A stretch of DNA of 64,000 nt from Candidatus Omnitrophota bacterium. Its GTDB lineage: Bacteria > Omnitrophota > Gorgyraeia > B26-G9. Within the stretch, counting starts at the first letter, position 1. Each line of letters starts with the position of its first letter. Below the pieces are notes generated by a model that did no database searches, was not told the DNA's origin, and saw only the letters and a list, made by a program, of their open reading frames with translations. Of the stretch, positions 9,503-17,100 are shown piece by piece. The position numbers and the translations under genes are program-made. The stretch covers positions 2,100-66,099 of the forward strand of contig JAHITE010000048.1 of NCBI GenBank assembly GCA_018817585.1, written 5' to 3'.

Positions 9503-11281
9503 ATGAGTAAAATAAAAATTTTGTCCAAACAATTAGCTGATAAAATTGCTGCCGGAGAAGTTGTTGAACGTCCGGCTTCTGTGGTTAAAGAGCTGGTGGA
9601 AAATTCGCTGGACGCGCGGAGCAACAATCTTGAAGTTATTATTGAGGACGCGGGTTTAAAATCAATTAAAGTAATTGATGATGGACAGGGTATTGAAACT
9701 GATGATTTGCCGCAGGCTTGTCTGCGGCACGCGACCAGCAAGATAAACAGCGACGCGGATTTAACCAATATTATGACTTTGGGCTTTCGCGGGGAAGCCT
9801 TGGCCAGCATTGCTGCTGTCAGCCGCTTAACGCTTTGTTCTGCCACTGCCAGCACTCAAATCGCCCGGCAGCTTTATAGTGAAGGCGGGGAAACGAAAAA
9901 TATCTGTGAAACTGTGCGTACTAAAGGGACAACAGTAGAAGTATTGAATCTTTTTTACAATACTCCGGCACGCTTAAAATTTTTAAAAACCAAGACAACG
10001 GAAATGGCGAATATTACCCGAATTATTACAGAACTTGCTTTGGCTTATCCCCAGATTGGTTTTAAATTAATCCATAATCAAAAGGCTTTGATCAATTGTT
10101 CAGCGCATCCATCGCTTTTGCAAAGAATTGAAGTGTTATTAGGCAAAGAATTCGCTCAGGAGCTTGTCCCGATATCTTTAAATATCGCAATGCTGAAAAT
10201 CAGCGGCTTTGTGAGCAAAGCTGGCTGCGGATATTCCAGCCGTAAGCAGCAATATCTTTTTGTGAATAATCGCAGCATAGCCGATAAAACAATGTCCCAC
10301 GCGATTGTCCAGGGATATAATACTTTCTTAATGGAAAAAAAATTTCCGGCAGCTTTAATTTTTATCCAAACTCCTGCCCAGATGATTGATGTTAATGTTC
10401 ATCCCAGCAAGCGGGAAATCAGATTTCAGCAGGCAGGAATGGTACATGATCTTTTGGTAAAAGCAATAAAAGACGCTTTAACTGATAAGGATCACTTGCC
10501 ACAGATGCCGAATAATCAGCTGCCGCGGTTCGGTAAGCAGGATGGGAGTATTTTTTTCTTTAGTAATAATAAACGGAAGACGGATGGAATAAATTATATT
10601 CAGCAGGCTTATGTGCAGCGGCAGCAGTCTGAAGAAAAATTATTTTCAATTGCTGATGCAGCCCAGACTTTATTTAATCAGGAAAATGAGCAAGTTTACG
10701 CGCAGGGTAAAAGAGGCGATTACTTACAAGTCCATTCTACTTATATCGTAACTCAGGATGATAAAGGGCTGATCGTAATTGATCAGCACGCGGCGCATGA
10801 GCGGATTATTTTTGATCAGTTGTTTAAACAATTCAAGCAAAAAAAAGTAGAAAAACAAAAATTGCTTTTACCGATCACACTGCATTTAAATGCTCAGGAG
10901 TTTATTTTAATCAATGAACATAAAACCGCTTTTGAGCAGCTGGGATTTGAAATAGAGGATTTTGGCGATAATAGCTTGGCGGTTTACGCGTATCCGGCAA
11001 TACTCGGTAAAATAGACATAAAGGCAGAATTTCAGGCAATTGCTAATGATATTATCGAATTTGAGATTAGTCCTGATTTTGACGCGAAAATAAATCAGTT
11101 TCTCGCGCCCATAGCATGTCACAGCGCGGTGCGGGCCAATCAGGAACTTTCCAGTGAAAAAATCGCTTGCTTGCTGCAAAGCTTGTGGCAGACTGAGGCG
11201 CCTTATACTTGTCCGCATGGCCGGCCAACTGTAATTACGATTAGTTGGTCGGATCTGGAGAAAAGATTTCAGAGAAAATAA
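9503..11281 (+). CDS. mutL: DNA mismatch repair endonuclease MutL
   Basis: IAAGEVVERPASVVKELVENS, GFRGEAL, DQHAAHER, ACH, CPHGRP. Confidence 0.98.
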   Translation: MSKIKILSKQLADKIAAGEVVERPASVVKELVENSLDARSNNLEVIIEDAGLKSIKVIDDGQGIETDDLPQACLRHATSKINSDADLTNIMTLGFRGEALASIAAVSRLTLCSATASTQIARQLYSEGGETKNICETVRTKGTTVEVLNLFYNTPARLKFLKTKTTEMANITRIITELALAYPQIGFKLIHNQKALINCSAHPSLLQRIEVLLGKEFAQELVPISLNIAMLKISGFVSKAGCGYSSRKQQYLFVNNRSIADKTMSHAIVQGYNTFLMEKKFPAALIFIQTPAQMIDVNVHPSKREIRFQQAGMVHDLLVKAIKDALTDKDHLPQMPNNQLPRFGKQDGSIFFFSNNKRKTDGINYIQQAYVQRQQSEEKLFSIADAAQTLFNQENEQVYAQGKRGDYLQVHSTYIVTQDDKGLIVIDQHAAHERIIFDQLFKQFKQKKVEKQKLLLPITLHLNAQEFILINEHKTAFEQLGFEIEDFGDNSLAVYAYPAILGKIDIKAEFQAIANDIIEFEISPDFDAKINQFLAPIACHSAVRANQELSSEKIACLLQSLWQTEAPYTCPHGRPTVITISWSDLEKRFQRK

Positions 11282-11307
11282 TAAAAATTATAGGGGAGAA
11301 ACAGCTG

Positions 11308-12702
11308 ATGAAAGAAATATTAAACTATGCTAAAGCAGCGGCGCTTATTGTTTGCCTGGGCATTAGCTTGATAATCGGACTGTCGAGAATAGCAATGTTG
11401 CTGAATAATAAAGCGGTCGAACAATATAATAAAGGCGAGATGCAGGCGGCGATTGATTTTTATACTAAATCAATCAAGCTTTGTCCCAAGGCGCAGGTAT
11501 ATTACAATTTAGCTTGTGCTTATGACGCGCAGGGTAAAATTGAGCTGGCGATTGAACATTATAAAAACGCGCTGAGTCTTGACAGCAGCCATGCGCAGGC
11601 TTGTCAGGCTTTAGTTGATATTTATCGCGAGCAGAAAGATTTTAATCAGGCGGAAATGTATTTAAAGAAAATGAACGCGATTAATAATCCTAGCGCTAAA
11701 TCAGATTTGAGCCAGCTTAAAAATGAACAGCTGATTTCATTGTGTAATCAGGCAAATAGCGATTATCAGCAAAATAATATTCAGCAGGCGATTGAAAAAT
11801 TAGAACAGGTTCTGGCTTTAGACCATGAGTTTGCTCCGGCGCATAAAATGTTAGGAGAAATCTATTTAAGCCGGAATGATTTAGAGAAGGCAATCAGCAG
11901 TTACAAGGCAGCGATTAAAGCCAAAGATAATGATCCGCGGCTTTATAGGAATATTGGTGTAATGTATATGCAGTTGGAAAATTATCCCAAAGCTGTTGAG
12001 TTTATGCAAAAAGCGCATAGAATGGCTCCCCAGGATATGGAGATAAAATATAGTTTTGCCAGCGTGTTGAGGGATAATCAGCAATCAGCAAAGGCACTGG
12101 CTCTTTATCAGCAGATAGCTGAAGAAGATCCGCGATATCAGAATATTCACAATGATCTGGCTGGAGTTTATTTGGCGATGGGCTCAGAAAAACAGGCTGT
12201 TCTTGAATTTGAAAAAGCTCGGGATATTGCTTTAACCCTCCAGGCTAGCGGAGATAAGCAGCCTTGGACAGTCTTGAGTTTGGCCATAGCTTATAGCGGA
12301 TTAAATGATGCGCCTAAAGCGAAAAATATTATTGATAGAATTATCAGGGAAAATCCGGATTTCAGTCATGCTTATTATATGAGGTCTCAGGTATTAAAAA
12401 AATTAGGTTATGCCAAAGCAGCAGATGATGATCTGCAAAAAGCCCGTCAAATAGCGAGGAAAATCAAGACGGTTGCTCAGCTCAAAAGCAATCGCGTTGA
12501 ACCAAAAACCGTTAAAAAACCGCAGCAAGTTTCAGCGCTTAAAATTGATACGATAGTAAAACTTAAAAACGGTCAAACAATGCGGGGAAAATTAAAAAAA
12601 CAGGCAGACACTTATGTGGTTTTGGAAGTGGATATGGGTTCTTCCATCGGAGAGATAACTTTCAGCAATCAGAAGATACAGGAAATAATCAGCACAAATT
12701 AA
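11308..12702 (+). CDS. Membrane-anchored tetratricopeptide repeat protein
   Basis: N-terminal TM segment and repeated TPR helices (AQVYYNLACAY, AHKMLGEIY). Start moved to the ATG after RBS GGGGAG. Confidence 0.85.
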   Translation: MKEILNYAKAAALIVCLGISLIIGLSRIAMLLNNKAVEQYNKGEMQAAIDFYTKSIKLCPKAQVYYNLACAYDAQGKIELAIEHYKNALSLDSSHAQACQALVDIYREQKDFNQAEMYLKKMNAINNPSAKSDLSQLKNEQLISLCNQANSDYQQNNIQQAIEKLEQVLALDHEFAPAHKMLGEIYLSRNDLEKAISSYKAAIKAKDNDPRLYRNIGVMYMQLENYPKAVEFMQKAHRMAPQDMEIKYSFASVLRDNQQSAKALALYQQIAEEDPRYQNIHNDLAGVYLAMGSEKQAVLEFEKARDIALTLQASGDKQPWTVLSLAIAYSGLNDAPKAKNIIDRIIRENPDFSHAYYMRSQVLKKLGYAKAADDDLQKARQIARKIKTVAQLKSNRVEPKTVKKPQQVSALKIDTIVKLKNGQTMRGKLKKQADTYVVLEVDMGSSIGEITFSNQKIQEIISTN

Positions 12703-12806
12703 AAACGCGGAAAATTATTCTTAAATTTTGTTTTGACGTAAAGCTAGCAACTGCGGTAAAATCAATGTATCTGTAATTTACTTAAAGCATTAAAAAAGGA
12801 GCAGAG

Positions 12807-13220
12807 ATGAAACAAAGAATACTGATTTGGGGTATGGGATTAATCATGATCTTGTCATCAACTGCGCATGCGGCGGTGATTGGAACTGATAATGAACAAG
12901 TTAAGCAATGCGCTGATCCGATAATTGATAATATCCTGCAGGGAATGGCCAATGATGATTATCCCATGTATATAAAGGATTTTGATAATGATCTGAGATC
13001 CCTGTTATCTAAAAAGCGGTTTGTTGAAAAGAGAAAAGAAGTCTATGATTGGGTAGGTAGTTATTTATATCGCGAATATTTAGGATTTATTAATACTCAG
13101 GGCTCTACGATAGTCTTTTGGAAGGGAACCTTTGATAAAACAAAAAATGATATTCTGATCAGGTTAACCCTTAGTCAGGAGGAGGGCAGGTATTTAGTAA
13201 AAGGTTTATTTTATCAATAA
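12807..13220 (+). CDS. Exported DUF3887-like protein
   Basis: Signal peptide (AHA); DY..Y.KDFD...G.Y.....WK.TFDK....VKGLFYQ; paralog at 27052. Confidence 0.7.
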   Translation: MKQRILIWGMGLIMILSSTAHAAVIGTDNEQVKQCADPIIDNILQGMANDDYPMYIKDFDNDLRSLLSKKRFVEKRKEVYDWVGSYLYREYLGFINTQGSTIVFWKGTFDKTKNDILIRLTLSQEEGRYLVKGLFYQ

Positions 13221-13244
13221 TCGGGGATGCGCAGGAATAGCCTG

Positions 13245-13374
13245 GCTGATAGCTGATAGTAAAAGCAAAAAACAGAAAAACTGCGGGTAGAGTTAAAAGT
13301 TCATAAAGTTATAAAGTAAAAAATTTGTTAGCAGTTATTTTTTACGCGATACTCACGACGCAATACTTAAGACG
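13245..13374. repeat. Composite short-period repeat array
   Basis: GCTGATA x2 + GTAAAAG; AAAGTTCAT/AAAGTTAT; ACGCGAT-ACTCACG-ACGCAAT-ACTTAAG-ACG. Confidence 0.65.
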
Positions 13375-13453
13375 GGAATGAGGGTTTAGGAATTGTCTTG
13401 TGTCTTTGTTAATATCGAGGAAGTTGAAGATAATGTTAAACCCAAAATAACCC

Positions 13454-13488
13454 AAGCAATCTCTAAAATCAAGAGATTGCTTTTTTTT
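13454..13488 (+). terminator. Intrinsic terminator
   Basis: AAGCAATCTCT-7 nt-AGAGATTGCTT followed by a T run. Confidence 0.8.
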
Positions 13489-13685
13489 AAAAACGAATAT
13501 ATGGGACATAGCTTAAAGATTAAAAATTATTGAAAAGCCCCGCTGACAAGGGAGTTGTTAAGTGATTAAATATAGGCATTTATACCCTATAAACTATTAG
13601 CAGTATATTTTACGACATGTCTCATATCAGGGTATTATGTATGTATTGTGACTGTTAAAAGGGGATGAGTTAGTCCAAACAATAC

Positions 13686-13722
13686 TTCTTGGAACCTAAA
13701 ATGTTACAAAAAAGGACAGGGC
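13686..13722. repeat. Left copy of 37-bp direct repeat bounding the cassette island
   Basis: TTCTTGGAACCtAAAATgTTaCAAAAAAGGACAgGGC; 33/37 identical to 16205-16241. Confidence 0.8.
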
Positions 13723-13758
13723 ATATATTTAATGTTATGGTAATAAAAAATAAATTTA

Positions 13759-13787
13759 TTGACTTAAATTGGTAATTATTATATAAT
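13759..13787 (+). promoter_or_regulatory. Sigma70 promoter for brnTA (probably leaderless)
   Basis: TTGACT-17-TATAAT ending 4 nt before the ATG; no RBS. Confidence 0.65.
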
Positions 13788-13791
13788 TATT

Positions 13792-14082
13792 ATGGATATA
13801 CGATTCGTTTGGGACGAAAATAAAAACACAACCAATCTAAAGAAACATAAGGTTTCATTTGAAGAAGCTAAAACTGTATTTTTAGATGATAGCGCTCAAA
13901 TAATTTATGATCCTGACCATTCTGAACATGAAGATAGATTTGTATTATTAGGGATGAGCATACGTTTAAGAATCCTCGTAGTCTGCTATTGTTACAGAGA
14001 AAATGATGAAATTATCAGAATTATATCAGCACGAAAAGCAACGAAAAAAGAGGAGAAACAATATTATGCGAAAAGAATATGA
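13792..14082 (+). CDS. brnT: BrnT family toxin
   Basis: F.WDENKN..N.KKH.VSFEEA..VF.D, EDRF...G, IRIISARKAT..E. Confidence 0.92.
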   Translation: MDIRFVWDENKNTTNLKKHKVSFEEAKTVFLDDSAQIIYDPDHSEHEDRFVLLGMSIRLRILVVCYCYRENDEIIRIISARKATKKEEKQYYAKRI

Positions 14083-14275
14083 TTTTTCGAAATCTACCAA
14101 GAATCCTTATGCTAAACAATTAAAACAGCAAATTAGTATTAGAATTGAACGGCAAACAATTGATTATTTTAAGTCTCTCGCTGGAGAAACAGGCGTTCCT
14201 TATCAAAACTTAATTAATCTTTACCTTAGAGATTGCGCGCAATCACACAGAAAACCTCAATTTAAATGGTCATAA
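14066..14275 (+). CDS. brnA: BrnA family antitoxin
   Basis: MRKEYDFS..KNPY...LK..ISIR......YFK.......PYQ.LIN.YL; overlaps the brnT end. Confidence 0.9.
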   Translation: MRKEYDFSKSTKNPYAKQLKQQISIRIERQTIDYFKSLAGETGVPYQNLINLYLRDCAQSHRKPQFKWS

Positions 14276-14344
14276 CAAAGCAATCCAGGTAATTTTATTC
14301 TGCGGCAAAGCCGCTCCATAAAATACCTGGTTTTCGTGTTGTGG
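14270..14344 (+). repeat. attC recombination site 1
   Basis: R'' TCATAAC (contains the brnA stop), 5 bp, L'' AATCCAGG, hairpin with two unpaired bases, L' CCTGGTT, 5 bp, R' GTTGTGG. Confidence 0.8.
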
Positions 14345-14482
14345 TGATAAAAAATGAACAAATATCCAAAAAGAAAAAATCACTGATTAAAAGAATACGA
14401 TTATACCCAGGCAGGATATTATTATGTAACAATATGTACATATAATAGGGATTTATTAATTGGTGAAATTATAAATAAACCT

Positions 14483-14506
14483 GTAGGGCCACAGCGTGCT
14501 GTGGCC
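14483..14506. repeat. GTAG-type REP palindrome
   Basis: GTAG + GGCCACAGC-GT-GCTGTGGCC. Confidence 0.75.
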
Positions 14507-14634
14507 GTTATCCTTAATGAATATGGTAAAATTGTTGATGAAGAATGGCAAAACACACAACGATTACGGGAAAATATTCAATTGGATAAATATATAATTA
14601 TGCCCAATCATATACATGGAATAATAATTATTAA

Positions 14635-14666
14635 TAGTAGGGACACGGCACGCCGTGTCCCTACTA
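14635..14666. repeat. GTAG-type REP palindrome
   Basis: Perfect 15-bp stem TAGTAGGGACACGGC-AC-GCCGTGTCCCTACTA. Confidence 0.85.
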
Positions 14667-15504
14667 AGCAAACGGTTGCAACGGGGAAGATTTGGCTGGA
14701 TTGTTGATGCAGATATCAAGGGTTTCTTTGATCGGATAGACCACGATTGGATGATGAAGATGCTCGAACAGCGGATTAACGACCGACGATTCCTTGGGCT
14801 AATTCGAAAATGGCTCAAGGTAGGCATCCTTGAGGAAGACGGCAGAGTGATACATCCTCTGACCGGAACCCCACAGGGAGGTATTGTCTCGGCAGTTCTG
14901 GCAAACATCTATTTACACTACGCACTTGATCTGTGGTTTGTGAAGGTAGTCAAACCTCGGTGTCGTGGAGAAGTGAGGATTATGCGATACGCGGATGACT
15001 TTATCTGTAGCTTCCAGTTCCAGAGCGATACACAGAGATTTTACGACGTACTGAGTAATCGGCTGGAGAAATTCAAGCTTGAATTATCCCTGGAGAAGAC
15101 GCAGGTAATTAAATTCACCAGATTCGAGACCGAGAACAGTAAAGGTTTTAACTTTCTCGGATTCGAATACCGCTGGGGGAAGAGCCGAAGAGGTAACTCA
15201 CTAGTGAAGATGCGAACGTCGAAGAAGAAGTTCCGGGGAGCAATTGCGGCGATTCTAGGATGGATCAAAGGGACACGCGGGGATACTCATCAAGCTACGA
15301 CAGAAGTTACAGGGACATTGGAACTATTACGGAGTCTGCGGCAACTATAAGATGCTGCACAAATTCTACAACCAGGTATGCAGGATAATGTACAAATGGT
15401 TAAACCGCCGGAGTCAACGCAAGAGCTACAATTGGCAAAGATTCAGTGAGGTTCTTGAGCAATTCAAGATTCCGCGGCCTCGAATTATAGGGTATTGGAA
15501 CTGA
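14667..15504 (+). pseudogene. Group II intron reverse transcriptase/maturase, internal fragment with frameshift
   Basis: WIVDADIKGFFD, GTPQGGIVS..LANIYLHY, RYADDF, FNFLGF. After a +1 shift near 15283: KLQGHWNYYGVCGN...WLNRRSQR...PRI. N-terminal RT domains absent; visibly more GC-rich than the flanks. Confidence 0.9.
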
Positions 15505-15507
15505 ACG

Positions 15508-15765
15508 ATGCTTTTGTACGAAGCGAGCAATACTGAATTTCGAGTAAAAGGATACCGCTTTTATTTTTTATCAAATGAGGAATCACGCATTCATATTCAT
15601 ATAGAGTGCGCTGAGGGTGAAGCAAAATTTTGGATTGAGCCAATTATTGCTTTAGCAACCTGTTACAGATTAAATCCAAGACAATTAAGCGAAATACAAA
15701 AAATAGTGGAGAAACATAAAAATGAAATCATTAAAGAATGGCAAAACTATTTCGGTAAGCGTTGA
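15508..15765 (+). CDS. DUF4160 family protein (toxin-like), native N-terminus replaced by intron-derived sequence
   Basis: FRVKGYRFYFLSNEESRIHIHI...GEAKFWIEP...I..EW..YF. Confidence 0.8.
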   Translation: MLLYEASNTEFRVKGYRFYFLSNEESRIHIHIECAEGEAKFWIEPIIALATCYRLNPRQLSEIQKIVEKHKNEIIKEWQNYFGKR

Positions 15766-15991
15766 AAATATTACCACTTTTGGCATTTGGGTGCTAGTAA
15801 AAAAAAAGGAATACTTTCTCGATTACCAAAATTATCCCTTTTTTCGCAATCAAACCATCAAAAACATCCAAAATGTTAAACTTCTTCATGGGTTCCACCT
15901 CTACTGGCCTAATTTAGATGTTGATCTAGAAATAGATAACCTAGAAAATCCTGAAAAATATCCATTAACAAGCAAAATGAAGAAAAAATAA
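15722..15991 (+). CDS. DUF2442 family protein (partner of DUF4160)
   Basis: GIWVLV..KEYFL.Y..YPFF...I.NV.....HLYWP.LDVDL....LENPEKYPL. Confidence 0.85.
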   Translation: MKSLKNGKTISVSVENITTFGIWVLVKKKEYFLDYQNYPFFRNQTIKNIQNVKLLHGFHLYWPNLDVDLEIDNLENPEKYPLTSKMKKK

Positions 15992-16069
15992 ATATAATAA
16001 GGCAATTCAGGTAATTTTATTCCGTGCCGAAATCGACGCTCCATAAAATACCTGATTTTTATGTTATAG
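15992..16069 (+). repeat. attC recombination site 2 (R'' degenerate)
   Basis: ATATAAT, 5 bp, AATTCAGGTAATTTTAT...ATAAAATACCTGATT, 5 bp, GTTATAG; closely similar to attC 1. Confidence 0.75.
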
Positions 16070-16081
16070 GTAAATAAGGAA

Positions 16082-16204
16082 ATGGCAACAATGCGGGTTT
16101 GGAAATGGCAATATTTCTTTTTGGGTAAGAAAATAATTATTACCCATGGTTTTTTAAAAAATTGGAATTAGCTGAACGATTGCACGCTACTCAACAAACA
16201 ATAA
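16082..16204 (+). pseudogene. Collapsed RelE/Gp49 toxin + HTH antitoxin remnant
   Basis: YFFLGKKIIITHGFLK abuts LELAERLHATQQT in another frame. Confidence 0.55.
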
Positions 16205-16241
16205 TTCTTGGAACCAAAAATATTCCAAAAAAGGACATGGC
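16205..16241. repeat. Right copy of 37-bp direct repeat
   Basis: TTCTTGGAACCaAAAATaTTcCAAAAAAGGACAtGGC. Confidence 0.8.
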
Positions 16242-16301
16242 TTTGTCTTTGGGAATGGGTATTTTAGCTTTATTTAAATCAAAATGCTCAAATGAATGTT
16301 T

Positions 16302-16442
16302 TTGTGAAAAAAATAACAAAACCCCTTGACAAGAGTCAAAAATATGATACATTTATATTATATTGTGAAAAAAGTAACAAAAATCTATTTTAATCAATAG
16401 ATGTTTTTTTTATCAATTTAAGTTTTGTGAAAAAAATCACAA
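16302..16442 (+). promoter_or_regulatory. Sigma70 promoter with three Rex operators
   Basis: TTGTGAAAAAAATAACAA (16302-19), TTGTGAAAAAAGTAACAA (16363-80) and TTGTGAAAAAAATCACAA (16425-42) match TTGTGAA-N4-TTCACAA. TTGACA at 16326; TGnTACATT at 16345-53. Confidence 0.85.
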
Positions 16443-16455
16443 GAAAGTTTATTCA

Positions 16456-17100
16456 ATGAAGAATAAAAATAGTGTTATTCGGCTTTCTCGATACAAAAAT
16501 GCTTTGAGAAGATTAAAAACAATGGGGTTTGCCAGGATTTTCTCAGATAATTTAGCAGATGCTATAGGCGTAACGCCTTCTCAGGTGCGCAAGGATTTTT
16601 CAATTTTTGGGATTTCCGGAAATAAGCGCGGCGGATATCAGATTGATGAGTTGATTGAGCATTTGAATAATATCCTGGGGAAAAATACAATCAAGCACGC
16701 GATTATTGTTGGTGCTGGGAATATTGGCGCGGCCTTGGCTAAATATGATGGTTTTGAAAAAGACGGGATTAAAATTGATGCTGTGTTTGAGGCTGATCCG
16801 CTAAAAGTAAGCTCCCAGGCAGTGATCCCGGTTTTGCACGCGGATCAGATGATTGAGTTTATTCAAACAAATGATATTCGCATTGGGATTATTGCTGTTC
16901 CGGAATCATCAGCGCAGCAGGTTTTGGATTTAATGGTTTTATCCGGAGTAAAGGGAGTATTAAATTTTGCGCCAATCAGACTGCGTGCCCCTAAAGAGTG
17001 TGTAGTGAATAATGTTAATTTAGTGCTGGAACTGGAAAATGTAATTTATTTTAGCAATTTGTTGGAAAAAGAAGCTCAGGAAGCAGAAATAAATATATGA
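16456..17100 (+). CDS. rex: Redox-sensing transcriptional repressor Rex
   Basis: RLSRY...L, QVRKDFS.FG..G..RGGY, GAGNIG, GVLNFAP. Confidence 0.95.
   Translation: MKNKNSVIRLSRYKNALRRLKTMGFARIFSDNLADAIGVTPSQVRKDFSIFGISGNKRGGYQIDELIEHLNNILGKNTIKHAIIVGAGNIGAALAKYDGFEKDGIKIDAVFEADPLKVSSQAVIPVLHADQMIEFIQTNDIRIGIIAVPESSAQQVLDLMVLSGVKGVLNFAPIRLRAPKECVVNNVNLVLELENVIYFSNLLEKEAQEAEINI

Larger units (their letters stand above)
14354..14666 (+). pseudogene. REP-associated tyrosine transposase (RAYT, IS200-like HUH), 5' half only
   Basis: RKNH*LKEYDYTQAGYYYVTICT...LNEYGKIV..EW...LDKYIIMPNHIHGII. In-frame TGA at 14384; C-terminal half missing. Confidence 0.85.
13734..16241 (+). mobile_element. Integron-type cassette array lacking an integrase in this window (CALIN-like), partly decayed
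   Basis: Two attC sites directly follow TA operons. Core GTTATGG at 13734 is complementary to R'' (TCATAAC) of the first attC. Confidence 0.75.

Noticed and set aside
13498-13628. Short inverted repeat ATATGGGACAT / ATGTCTCATAT as MITE ends
   Set aside because: Only 10/11 bp, with no target duplication or second copy seen.
14384-14386. In-frame TGA as evidence for recoding or an alternative genetic code
   Set aside because: It falls at a conserved Arg (likely CGA to TGA) in a truncated gene; TGA terminates many intact genes here.
14655-15504. RT as a retron, DGR, Abi or other defence-associated RT next to toxins
   Set aside because: Motifs and domain X are those of a group II intron maturase; it is 5'-truncated and frameshifted, with no msr/msd, TR/VR pair or accessory gene visible.
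14270-16069. Repeated palindromes as a CRISPR array
   Set aside because: Only two copies about 1.7 kb apart, with genes between and attC geometry; no cas genes.
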